Assembly: GCA_965112735.1 (NCBI GenBank)
Contig: OZ218964.1
Location: forward strand, 1,240,001 to 1,304,000
Length of the DNA: 64,000 nucleotides
DNA from: Phaeosaccion multiseriatum
Taxonomy: Eukaryota; Protista; Ochrophyta, other classes
Reading direction: 5' to 3'
The translations under genes and the position numbers were made by a program. Numbering within the stretch: position 1 is the first letter of the stretch; every line of letters begins with the position of its first letter. Below the pieces are notes generated by a model, which worked only from the letters and a program-made list of their open reading frames with translations, made no database searches and was not told the DNA's origin. This document shows positions 24,962-36,781 of this stretch, piece by piece.

Positions 24962-25395
24962 GGGCGGGCTTTGCAAGAACGCTTTGCGAGATCGCTGCCA
25001 CCCTTTCCTATCTACTACTGCTACTGATTGTATCGCTCCTGCTGCTGCTGCGGGTGTTGCTTGCTCTTCGCCGTCACACGCAATAATAATCGCACATCCA
25101 CCCACAGGCGATAAAAAGCACGAGTTGGTTATACTTCCATTCACAGACGACGCAGCCCTCTCGTCCCCCTCTCCTCCCCTTTCAGTTTCTTCCCCCCCGC
25201 CCTCTCACTACAGCGCAGCTCTCACTACAGCGCAGCTCACCGCAGGAGAGAAGCGGACAGGCCAAGGCCTTTTACAGCTCACCACAGGAGAGAGACGGTC
25301 AGGCCAAGGCCTTTTAATATTTAAGGGGGGGGGCGGGGCCGTATCGGCAGCGGCGGGTAAAAGGCGCTAGTCTATGAAGCTGTCAACACAAGCAA

Positions 25396-25654
25396 TCGGC
25401 CCCAGGAGAGGTTCCTCTGGCCCCCGATAAGCAGAAGCCAGAGGCGCGGCCTGCGGCCGAAAGCCGAGAGGCCAGGGGCTGGGCTGCGACCAGCAGAAGC
25501 CAGTCACCAGCGGGAACGAGCGACAAGCCAGAAGCCAGAGGCGGCCTACGGCCGAAAGCCGAGAAGCCAGCGCTGGCCTGCGGCCAGAAGCCCGAAGCCA
25601 GGAGGGGCCTACCGCCCAGAAGCCAGAAGTCGGAAAAACCTCGCCTGGGGCCGA
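25396..25654. mobile_element. 259-bp MITE, copy 1, with 6-bp TSD AAGCAA
   Basis: Termini TCGGCCCCAGG...CCTGGGGCCGA. AAGCAA at 25390-25395 and 25655-25660. Internal GAAGCC(A/G) repeats. Homologous copy at 32890-33139. Confidence 0.9.
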
Positions 25655-25686
25655 AAGCAAGCGACTTGGACCTCTAAATAGTAAAA

Positions 25687-25911
25687 TCACTTGCGCGGCC
25701 CGGAGCCGGAGACGGAGCCAGAGACAGAGTCCTCGTCCCCCTCTCCTCCGTCGTCATCGTCTGCTTCCATCTTGGACCGCGCCTGGCTCTCCTCCTCCTC
25801 CTCGCTGCCGCTGCTGTTGCTAGTGCCGCTGCTGCCGCTGCTACCCCCGCCTGTTCGACCGTCCTCTCCTCCCTTGGTCTCTGCTGTCTCTATCTCTTCA
25901 TCTTCATGATG

Positions 25912-25954
<43 letters not shown>

Positions 25955-27096
25955 CCATCACCTTCGTCGTCCTCCCTTGGCGCAAAGCCCATCATCTCAT
26001 TGTACATGAGCTGCTGCAGCTCCTCCTGCGGAATATCCCCCCCATCTCCCGTGAGCCGCTCGTACTCAAAGTCAAACAGTACGTCACACGTCGGCTCGTC
26101 CATTTGCGCATGCAGCTCGGCCAAGTATGCATGCTCCAACGCCTCGTCCACAGTGATGCGGTGCTCCGGATTGAACACCAGCATGCGTTTGATGAGATCG
26201 ATGGCCAGGGGGCTCGTATCCACGGGAAAGTGCGAGCTAAGGTCCTTGGGTTTGACGTCCCCCTTGCTCGTAATGGCCTTGCGGGCCGCCGGGTGAGTCA
26301 CAAACGTCAACTCCTCCTCTGGCGGCACGCCCAGCACCCCGACAATCGTCTCTAATTGGTGGTGAGGGTTGTGGCCCTGGAAGAAGGGCCGCCGGGCCAC
26401 CATTTCCGCAGCCACGCACCCCACGCTCCAAATGTCCACAGTCTTGCCGTAATGCGTCGAGTCGCACAGCAACTCTGGCGCCCGGTACCACCTCGTCACC
26501 ACGTACTCTGTCAGTTCGTCCTCATACTCCAGCTCCACTCCCCTCGCCAGCCCAAAGTCGCAAATGGCAAGGTCGCAGTTGGCGTTGACGAGCAAGTTGG
26601 ACGGCTTCATGTCCCGGTGCAAGACATTGGCGCTATGAATAAATTTGAGCCCGCGCAGGACCTGATACAAAAAGTACTGATAGTGCTGGTCGGTGAGCGC
26701 CTGCCCGCTCGAGATGATGCGGTCCATGTCACTCTCCATAAGGTTGGTGACAATGTACACGTCCTTAAAGTCGGTGGTGTTGGGGGGTATGCAGATAATG
26801 TCGGTGATGTTGATAATGTTCTCGTGCCCGTCGAAGTGCCGCAGCAGCTTAATCTCCCGCAGGATGCGCTTGGCGTCCACCAGGTCGCTAAACACGTCTG
26901 CAATCTTCTTAATGGCCACCGGGTTGGGCGACTCTGCGTCATCCGCACTGCACACAAAGCCGTAGCTGCCGTCCCCGATGGGTTTGAGGTTGGTGTACCG
27001 CACATCCACTTCGAACTTCTCTCTCCCTACAGTTACCTTGTGGTAGTTCCTTCGCCACTCCTTGGCGGAGCCCCCCTTCGCCCCCTTCACCGCCAT
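25687..27096 (-). CDS. Mitogen-activated protein kinase (TEY activation loop), intronless, acidic C-terminal tail
   Basis: IGDGSYGFV, VAIKK, AKRILREIKLL, HRDMKPSN, DFGLARG, TEYVVTRWYRAPE. First ATG at 27096 (the ORF-track start 27153 is GTG). Confidence 0.96.
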
Positions 27097-27403
27097 GGCG
27101 ACCCGCCTCTCCGTGCCCTCCAAACCCAGCACCTCCCTTCCTCTGGGCCTCACTGAAATGCTGCTTCTGCTGGTCTCCCCTTAGGAGCCGGTAGCGAACA
27201 TTCTCTCTACTCTCCCATACAGAGACGCAGTGCTACTGGCCGAGCATCACGTACTCACCCCATTCATTGGCAACATGACTGCGTGTGGTGCGTTCGCTGT
27301 TGAGTGTAAGAGGGTGAGGCGAGGAGCGTACAAAGGTGGGCGTACAAGGGTGAGGGCAGTTTTCAGTGCCAATTCGCTTCGGGCGAAACGGGCCTCTATT
27401 TTT

Positions 27404-29442
27404 TAGGGGAGGTTCTCCCCGGGCGAAGCCCGGGGAGAATTTATCCTCCAAGCGAGTTTACGAGCGGGAGGGGAAACCTCCCTTCTTAATCCAGGGGGGT
27501 GCGTATTTTTGCCAAGGGGCCTCCTTATCTCGAAAATGTCGCTGCGTCCCTGCCTGCCTGCCTGCGCCCCCTTTTTCGTACTGTAGACGGTCTTTCTCCA
27601 CACACACTCCTCGGCGGACCGAGCTTCTTTCACCAGCAGCCGCACCGAAAAAAGCACTATCAATCCTCTAAGGTACTTCCCACCCCGTGGCGGACTGTGG
27701 GGCGAGGAAAATGCCCTAAACTAGGTCTTTAAAAGACTTTGCGGAAAAATGGCACGGGCATGGACCACCAGCACCAGCTCCCTCACACCGCGGCAGCAGC
27801 AGCAGCAGCACCACAGCAGCTTCAGCTTTCTCATCAGGTACACCAGGACTCGCTCTGCCCTGCTGCGCCGCCCGCACGAATGGATACTGGGGAAGAAGAA
27901 GGGGGAGGTCCTTCTCCTGCGAGGAGGAGGGAGTTCGAAGAAGGGCACCGACATTAATGGATACAGGTGGGGGGGGGGGTTGGGGAAACAGCCCAAGGCA
28001 GCGGTGGATTAGCACGTCCCACCACTGTGGGGCGAGAGAAATGCCATAAACTAGGTCTTTAAAAGACTTTGCGGAAAAATGGCACGGGCATGGACCACCA
28101 GCATCAGTTCCCTCACAACTCGGCAGCAGCAGCAGCAGCACCACAGCAGCTTCAGCTTTCTCATCAGGTACACCAGGACTCGCTCCGCCCTGCTGCGCCG
28201 CCCGCACGAATGGATACTGGGGAAGAAGAAGGGGGAGGCAGGTTCTTCTCCTGTGAGGAGGAGGGAGTTCCAAGAAGGGCACCGACATCAATGGATACAG
28301 GTGGGGGGGTTGGGGAAGCAGCCCAAGGCCGGTGGATTACCACGTCCCACCACTCCGCCAAAGGGCACTGCATACTGGCTGCTGCTGCTGCTGCTCTCGG
28401 CCAACAAGCGACAGGGGGGGGGGGGAAGGAGTGGAGAATTAGCCCAGCCATGACACCCCACCACTCCGCCATTCTGATCCTTTACCCCGACGCCGACAAT
28501 GGCGTCAGCCGCTAGGAGTATCGCCTCAGCCACAGCCACCACCGCCAGCAGGAGGGCCTGCAGCAGCTGCAGTGCCGCCCCCACCACACGCCACCAGCCA
28601 AGCCAACCACGACTCAGGCCCACCAAGCAGAGGGAGGCTCCCCCCCCCCCCGGCGAGGCTGCCTTCTCAGGAATACTACGTTGCCTCCACCACGACGGCA
28701 GACGCGAGTGGCAACCAGCCAGGGAAGACGCGGAGGCAGTAGACTAGAGGGAGGGGGGATATGCACCAGCAGAGGCAGGGCGAGGCAGGGCAGAGGAGGA
28801 GGCAGAGGCAGCATTCTAGAACGGAGGGCCGCACATGCTGCAGTGGAGAGAGCAACGGTCAGCAGGCTCAGTCCCTGTACAGCTGTATTACGGAGGACGA
28901 CACGTGCTGTAGCGGTCCCGCAGAGGTCACGAGTCCGCAACAGCCCCAGTCTCACCACCACGACACCTCGAGCACGGAGAGGACGGCACGTGGTGCAGGG
29001 CAGAGATCACGAGTGAGCAACCTGCCAGAGGCCCGGTACTGCTCGAGCACGGAGGACGAGACGTGCTGTGGCGCAGCAGAGCAAAGGGTAGTAGCTGCGA
29101 GCCTGCCTGGCTCGATGGTGTGGCTGGTCGGCGCCAACGACGTCGTTCTTTCGAAGGAGCGCGGCGTGCCAGTCCAGTGCCTGCACGCATTGCCGGCACC
29201 GTCGGGATGATGCCTCTCCAGTTCGAGCAGCAGCAAGCGGCTACAGATCATTGGTTAGCTCAGTAGCCCCAGTTCCTTATGTAAACTTACGTAAATATGT
29301 ACCTATCGTCTGCTTTTGGCAGTGCATAGGCCGCGTTGTTGGCCCTGCTGTGGCTGTCTTAAAGCATACGCTCCACAAGAAATACTACCACAGCTTGCCT
29401 GACGCAGTTACGGGAAACCTCCCCTATCACGCTCTTCTTGTA
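27404..29442. mobile_element. ~2.04-kb non-coding repeat element, unit 1 of a head-to-tail dimer
   Basis: Starts TAGGGGAGGTTCTCCC with overlapping hairpin TTCTCCCCGGGC-GAA-GCCCGGGGAGAA. Internal ~330-bp tandem repeat (27721/28051). Inverted repeat GGGAAACCTCCCCTA ends at 29426, followed by TCACGCTCTTCTTGTA. Confidence 0.8.
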
Positions 29443-31465
29443 GGGGAGGTTCTCCCCGGGCGAAGCCCGGGGAGAATTTTTCCTCCAAGCGAGTTAACGA
29501 GCGGGAGGAGAAACCTCCCTTCTTAATCCAGGGGGGTGCGTATTTTTGCCAAGGGGGGTCCTCATCTCGAAAATGTCGCTGCGTGCCTGCGCCCCCTTTT
29601 TCGTACTTTAGACCGTCTTTCTCCACACACACTCCTCGGGGGACCGAGCTTCTTTCACCAGCAGGCGCACCGAAAAAAGCGCTATCAATCCTCTAAGGTA
29701 CTTCCCACCCCGTGGCGGACTGTGGGGCGAGTAAAATGCCCTAAACTAGGTCTTTAAAAGACTTTGCGGAAAAATGGCACGGGCATGGACCACCAGCACC
29801 AGCTCCCTCACACCGCGGCAGCAGCAGCAGCAGCACCACAGCAGCTTCAGCTTTCTCATCAGGTACACCAGGACTCGCTCTGCCCTGCTGTGCCGCCCGC
29901 ACGAATGGATACTGGGGAAGAAGAAGGGGGAGGCAGGTTCTTCTCCTGTGAGGAGGAGGGAGTTCGAAGAAGGGCACCGACATTAATGGATACAGGTGGG
30001 GGGGGGGGTGGGGAAACAGCCCAAGGCAGCGGTGGATTACCACGTCCCACCACTGTGGGGCGAGAGAAATGCCATAAACTAGGTCTTTAAAAGACTTTGC
30101 GGAAAAATGGCACGGGCATGGACCACCAGCATCAGCTCCCTCACAACTCGGCAGCAGCAGCAGCAGCACCACAGCAGCTTCAGCTTTCTCATCAGGTACA
30201 CCAGGAGTCGCTTTGCCCTGCTGCGCCGCCCGCACGAATGGATACTGGGGAAGAAGAAGGGGGAGGCAGGTTCTTCTCCTGTGAGGAGGAGGGAGTTCCA
30301 AGAAGGGCACCGACATCAATGGATACAGGTGGGGGGGTTGGGGAAGCAGCCCAAGGCCGGTGGATTACCACGTCCCACCACTCCGCCAAAGGGCACTGCA
30401 TACTGGCTGCTGCTGCTGCTGCTCTCGGCCAACAAGCGACGGGGGGGGCGGTGGGGAAGCAGCGGAGGATTAGCCCATGGCTGATACCCCACCACTCCGC
30501 CATTCTGATCCTTTACCCCGACACCGGCAAGGACGTCAGCCGCTAGGAGTATCGCCTCAGCCACAGCCACCACCGCCAGCAGGAGGGCCTGCAGCAGCTG
30601 CTGTGCCGCCCCCACCACACGGCCACCAGCCAAGCCAACCACGACTCAGACCCACCAGGCAGAGAGAGGCTCCCTCCCCCGGCAAGGCTGCTTTCTCAGG
30701 AGTACTACGTTGCCTCCACCACGACGGCAGACGCGAGTGGCAACCAGCCAGGGAAGACGCGGAGGCAGTAGACTAGAGGGAGGGGGGATATGCACCAGCA
30801 GAGGCAGGGCGAGGCAGGGCAGAGGAGGAGGCAGAGGCAGCATTCTAGAACGGAGGGCCGCACATGCTGCAGTGGAGAGAGCAAGGGTCAGCAGGCTCAG
30901 TCCCGGTACAGCTGTATTACGGAGGACGACACGTGCTGTAGCGGTCCCGCAGAGGTCACGAGTACGCAACAGCCCCAGTCTCACCACAACACCTCGAGCA
31001 CGGAGAGGACGGCACGTGGTGCAGCGCAGAGATCACGAGTCAGCAACCTGCCAGAGGCACGGTACTGCTCGAGCACGGAGGACGAGACGTGCTGTGGCGC
31101 AGCAGAGCAAAGGGTAGTAGCTGCGAGCCTGCCTGGCTCGATGGTGTGGCTGGTCGGCGCCAACGACGTCGTTCTTTCGGAGGAGCGCGGCGTGCCAGGG
31201 CCCGCACGCATTGCCGGCACCGTCGGGATGATGCCTCTCCAGTTCGAGCAGCAGCAGAGCGGCTACAGATCATTGGTTAGCTCAGTAGCCCCAGTTCCTT
31301 ATGTAAACTTACGTAAATATGTACCTATCGTCTGCTTTTGGCAGCGCATAGGCCGCGTTGTTGGCCCTGCAGTGGCTGTCTTAAAACATAGGCTCCACAA
31401 GAAATACTACCACAGCTTGCCTGACGCAGTTACGGGAGAACCTCCCCTATCACGCTCTTCTTGTA
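29441..31465. mobile_element. Unit 2 of the head-to-tail dimer
   Basis: Colinear, slightly diverged copy of 27404-29442. Perfect 16-bp inverted repeat GGGAGAACCTCCCCTA ends at 31449, then the same 16-nt tail to 31465. A single shared TA sits at the junction. Confidence 0.8.
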
Positions 31466-31617
31466 AATCGATCCCCTCTATTTTGTTTTTTACCCCTTTT
31501 GAGGGAAAAAGTTGGAAAAAGAGCTGGTTTGTTGTGATCACACAAACACGGCCCACCCACAACAAAAACGCTCTTATTTTAGGGTGAGCGACAGAGAGAG
31601 AAAGAAAGAGAGAGATC

Positions 31618-32064
31618 ATGAGCAAAGATGGAAAGGCCGTAGCTGTGGCCGCGATAGCTGTTGGAGTGGCCTACTGTATCTACTCCTCGTACGCAGCGGC
31701 TGCAAAGAAGAAAGCTTCGATCTACGAACGGATTGGCGGGGCTCCCGCGGTTCAAGCCGTTATTGACATCGCCATCCCTTCCTTGAGGAAAGACGCCGAG
31801 CTGGCGCCTTTCTTCACCAAGATGCCGGAGGCCTACCACAAGAAAATGCAGTTCAAATTCTTCACCACGGCATTGGGAGGGCCGAAGCTCTATGACGGCA
31901 AGAGCATGAAGGCGGCGCACAAGGGGAAGGGCATCACCGAGAGACATTTCTTTTTAGTATGTGATTATGTCGTCAAGGCCATGGAGGAGCTGAATGTCCC
32001 TGCTGACCTGCAGAAGGAGGTGGGCGATTGTCTGGCACCTCTGGTGGATGACTGTACGGGGTAA
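31618..32064 (+). CDS. Group I truncated (2/2) haemoglobin with N-terminal hydrophobic anchor, intronless
   Basis: SIYERIGG, ELAPFF, ALGGPKLYDGKSMKAAH (proximal His F8), GITERHF. N-terminal AVAVAAIAVGVAYCIYSSY followed by KKK. Confidence 0.92.
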   Translation: MSKDGKAVAVAAIAVGVAYCIYSSYAAAAKKKASIYERIGGAPAVQAVIDIAIPSLRKDAELAPFFTKMPEAYHKKMQFKFFTTALGGPKLYDGKSMKAAHKGKGITERHFFLVCDYVVKAMEELNVPADLQKEVGDCLAPLVDDCTG

Positions 32065-32565
32065 AAAGGAGGGGATGATTCTTTCGGAGTGCGTTCCCCT
32101 GAACCCCTGAACAAGAGGTTACGTTAATTTGTTGGCCTCAAGTTCAAATATATATATAATATGGCGACGCGCCTTTCCCTTCCTTCTTTTCGCGTAGATG
32201 TTCGCAGCTTTCTTTTCCCTCCAGCTCCTGCTGCTGTGCAGCTTTCTGTGGGGTGCACGTACGGTTATAGGCCCTGCTAATTATTTCGGCCACCCTTCCC
32301 ACAGTGGCACTACCTGGGGGAGGGGAGAGGGAAAATGCCGAGGATCGGCGTCGGCAGAGAGCCCGCCCTTGAGTGCCGTATCCCCTGGTGGAGACTCTGC
32401 TCTATTCATCACATTAAATGCTCACCGCAGATGTACCACCACAGCACACAACGAAACACGGCTGAATCAACGATGACAAAGAGATGGCGGCGTGGAGATA
32501 CATATACCAGCGGCAGCCCCTCCTCCCCTCCGCCGAGCACACCTGGGGCCCTCGCTGCTCGAAAT

Positions 32566-33480
32566 TCAGGCCATTTCCGAAGCCACCTCGAGCATGGTCT
32601 CGGAGTCTACGTCCCTCTCCTGCGGCGGTACCCCCCTCTCCTTGCCAAAGGTTAAGTCGATCGCGCGCATCAGGTCCAGGGCAGTCTGCGATGCGAAGAC
32701 ATCAGCTGCTGTGGCAAGGAGGCGCTCTTCAAGCTCACGGCGTATGCTAACCTGAGCCTGCTGTATCCAGGCCAGAGCAGTGTCCACCTAGGCTCTAGGC
32801 TCTAGGCTCTAAGCTCAGCTGAAATGAGCTGCTGAGCGACCCCATGGTTTCGAAAGATGGCGGTGAGCAGCGGGGTACCGCCACTCATGTCGGCCCCAGG
32901 CGAGGTTTCTCTGGCCCCCGATAAGCAGAAGCCAGAGGCGGCCTGCGGCCGAAAGCCGAGAAGCCAGGGGCTGGGCTGCGACCAGCAGAAGCCAGTCACC
33001 ACCTTGAAAAAAGAAGAAATCAGAGGTGGCCTACGGCCGAAAGCCGAGAAGCCAGCGCTGGCCTGCGGCCAGAAGCCCGAAGCCAGGAGGGGCCTACCGC
33101 CCAGAAGCCAGAAGCCAGAGAAACCTCGCCTGGGGTCGACTTATATTCGGGGCATCACATGGACAGCCTGCGTCGACAAGACGGGCCACCACTGCCCCAT
33201 GCCCATATTGAGCAGCAAAGTGAGACGGAGTGTGTCCATCCGTGGCCCTCCTACATTCCGCCTTCGCCCCAGCACGGAGAAGCCGCCTCACCACTTCAGC
33301 ATGACCATTTGCAGAGGCGGCGTGTGGAGAGGAGTAGCTCCATCGGGATCTACCACGCCGACTGCCGCACCGGCCGAGAGAAGCTTGTCCACCACTATTG
33401 CATGCCCCTTCTATCATTACATACAGGGGAGTGAGTCCCTGATAGCGTCAGACGACACATGCGCCCGCAGAAACCCCGCC
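32566..33480 (-). pseudogene. Ankyrin-repeat pseudogene, frameshifted and interrupted by a MITE
   Basis: GLTPLY / GHAIVVDKLLSAGAAVGVVDPDGATPLH / AASANGHAEVVRRLLRAGA...DGHTPSHFAAQYGHGAVVARLVDAGC. Removing the MITE joins DAPN-MSGGTPLLTAI. Confidence 0.78.
32890..33139. mobile_element. 250-bp MITE, copy 2, with degenerate 6-bp TSD CTCATG/CTTATA
   Basis: 26-bp TIR TCG(G/A)CCCCAGGCGAGGTTTCTCTGGC; homologous to 25396-25654. Confidence 0.88.
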
Positions 33481-33988
33481 GCCTCGGTCATCGCGGTACT
33501 TCAACCCTCAAATATCGGCTGATCCAGGCTTGTTTTGCCCTTCCTAGAGGCGAGTCTCCCCACAATCGCCTCGACCTTTGTGCGGTCTCCCCATCCACTA
33601 TGGCGCGAAAGAGACACCAGGCCTGGAGAACATGGTAAGAAACAGAGGTGGGAGGAGAGCATAGACTGGGCATTAGCCAGAGTGATAAGCACACCGCTTG
33701 TAGTAAAACATAGCGGAGCACCTCGGCTCAATTTGGGGGAAGGGGATACAGAGCTAGCTGATGAGGGGAGGAGGAAGGGAGAGGGACTTTTGGAGAGATA
33801 GTCTCGGCTTCGAGAAAGGAAAGGACGATCTCCTAAAAAGCCCAGGCTCAAACAATATCCAAAGTCAACGAATTTCAACGATGCGGTGTGTCGTTGGCGT
33901 CTCGTGAAATTCGAGGACGTTGGAATAAAACCTAAGGATGTGTAGCTCCAACCAAAGGAAAGGAAGTGTGAGTGAGACTGCAACCGCA

Positions 33989-35667
33989 ATGAAGACGGCA
34001 AACGGTAGCAGTGGTAGCAGCACCCCTACCATCCCCCGCCGGGGCCACTTTTCTGGCAGGAGTTTGCACCGCAAGTGTTCGTGCGTCGTGGTGTGCTTAG
34101 TCCTCTGGGGCTTGTTCCAGTATGGAAAGACGACAACCATCGGGGCCTTCTTGGTTCGAAAAATAGCGCAGCTTACGCCGATGATGCTCGGCATCGCTCG
34201 TGCGAAGTGGCACGGCATACACGTGCCCATAGTGGTAAGGTGGTGAGAGGTCCTGCGTTGCGTGGAGGAGGAGAGGTGGCAAAACAATCTTAATGGAGGG
34301 GTGGCAGGCGTCCTGCATGGGGGAGGAGAGGTGGCGCGAAACCATCTTGAAGGAGGTGGTGGTCACACCAGCGGGAGGTGTTGCGCTAACTTTTGTTCCT
34401 CCCCCCCCCCCCCGCGCGCACATCCCCATCCACCCCACCCCATTGCAACCTTGCGATGCATGCACACCCAGGTGGAGCACCCCAAGTGCGGTCGCACGTG
34501 GTTCAAGTGCATCGCCGGTGTGATGCTCGGCATGGAGCTTAGCATGGACAGCTCCACCGTCGAGGGGGCAAGCATAGACGACCTCGTGCTCTACGCTGAA
34601 CAGCACGCCATTTGGAAGCATGGGAGGTCCAGGTGAGACAAGACAGGCAGCCAGGCAGGCAGGCAAAGAGGCAAGCCCTCGCTCTCCTGTGTCCGTGCTC
34701 TGCCCTCTGCCCTCCTCCCAAAGACTTTTGTCAGCCTCACCCTCCCCTGTGTCCTTCCCCTTTACGCCCATACATACAGTCGTCCCTCCTCCCTCTCTTC
34801 CTGGCTCTCTGACCTCTCTTCTCCCTCCTCCCTCTCTTCCTGGCTCCCTGACCTCTCTTCTCTCTCCTCCCTCCCTTCCTGTGTCATTGCCCTCTCTCCC
34901 TCTCTCGTTCTGTCTCTCTGACACCCGTCTGCTTCGAACCCCACCCCCCCCTCTCCTTCTCTTTGACCCCCCCTCTCCCCCACCCCCTACCTCTCTTCCC
35001 CCCCCTCAGCTTCGACGCACAAAGCACCCCTGCCATGCTCGAATCCACCCGCGAGCTCGTGAGCACTTACCACACGCACACGGGCATTCTCCTGGTCCGA
35101 GACCCTCGCGACACTATCATCAGCTCCTTCTACCAAATTCTTTACCGCCAAAACCGCAACCATATCATCCCCGAGGACGCCACCTTGCAGGAGTACATTT
35201 ACTTCGAAGTCGCCTCTTTCTCCACCTACATTGCCTTCCTCAACGAGTGGGCCGGCTTCTTTACCGACCCAGTGGCCAGCAAGGGTTGGAAGGCTGTCCG
35301 ATACGAAGACTTACGGTCGGAAGACACGCAACTGGATACGTTGCGCGTGGTGTCCGACCATCTGAACCTCAACCTGTCAGACCTCGACCTGCAAGAAGCG
35401 GGTGGGAGATGCGACTTTTCGAGGATGAAGAAGGAGACCGCAGGGGAACAGGGGAAATTGGGCAGTACGGTAGGCACCGGCGGAGGAAAGGCCGAGAGCG
35501 CCAAAGTGCGTAACGGCAAAGTAGGGGGCTATGCCTCCGAGCTGGACGCAGCCGATGTGGAGTGCCTGAACTTTTACATGTGCAAGCATCTCAGCGAGGA
35601 TGCGGTGCGGCTCTTTGGTTATCAAGGAGACTGCGACGCCAGCACAGTCTGCGACAAGTGGGAGTAG
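33989..35667 (+). CDS. PAPS-dependent sulfotransferase, probable type II membrane protein
   Basis: Exons 33989-34234, 34472-34632 (HPKCGRTW, 5'-PSB loop), 35010-35667 (LLVRDPRDTIIS 3'-PB; VRYEDL; KVRNGKVGGY). Hydrophobic CVVVCLVLWGLF near the N-terminus. Confidence 0.9.
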
Positions 35668-35931
35668 TAGGTGGGGAGGGTGGGGAGGCGGGGGAGAACC
35701 GACCGCTGAGCTACTCGTCGTATTGCCCTCCCCAGTTTTACTCTTGATTTTCTGCTGCTGGATTAGATGGATGTGGAGCGGGAGTAGCAGATAGAGGCGA
35801 GGTGGTCATCTGGAAGGGGTTGGGCGATGGTGTGTGCGTGTGCTAGAGCGGAACGAAACACATTCATGGAACGGAGGGGGGGGGGGCTCAGCAGCTGAAA
35901 GTGGGCTATGTGCAGAGCGAGAATGAGAGAC

Positions 35932-35972
<41 letters not shown>

Positions 35973-36742
35973 CTATGTGCAGAGCGAGAGTGAGTGAGGG
36001 AGAGAGACAGAGAGAGAAAAGAGACAAGTCGCTCATTCGCTCATTGGGGTTTGAGTTTTCGAGCTTCTGGAAGGAAGCCTTTGGTGGCAGAGCTGTACGG
36101 CGCACCCCGGGGGAGGGGCCCAGGGCAGCTCTGAAGGAGAAGAGAGGGTTGTGGGTGGACCTCCTTTCAGGTTGGGCCTTGAATCCCACAAGCGTGTGCA
36201 AACACACGTACACATACACGACTTACGATGCGTGATGCGCGAAAGAAAGGGGCCGGCACATGCCCTGTCAGGCATTCGTCGGTTGCAAGACGCAGCAGCA
36301 GCAGTTGGTCATATAATGCAGGCCTTTGACTGCCAGGCTCAACAGCAGCAGCTGGTCATATACAGCAGTAGCAGCAGCAGTTGGTCATACAGCAGTAGCA
36401 GCAGCAGCAGCAAGCAGTATGAGAGACCAAGGACGGGATGGAGCGCAGAAGCAGCGGTCTCAATTGAGGGGATGCGAATGGTGAGGGCCATCTCATAGCT
36501 TGTTTCATCGCCATGTTCAGCACTGGTGATGGGCCAAGCTTCCCCCCTCCTTCCCCTGCTGCAGTGGCGAGTGAGAGAGAGAGAGCGCGCCCGAGAGAGA
36601 GGGAGAGAGAGATACATATAGAGCGATACACAGAGAGAGAGATATATAGAGCGAGATATAGAGCGAGAGAGGGAGAGAGAGATACATATAGAGCGATACA
36701 CAGAGAGAGAGAGAGATATATAGAGCGAGATATAGAGCGAGA

Positions 36743-36781
<39 letters not shown>

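Noticed and set aside
30790-31587. 265-aa ORF as the transposase of the dimer element
   Set aside because: It is not conserved in frame in unit 1, runs past the element end, and shows no HUH, DDE or tyrosine-recombinase motifs.
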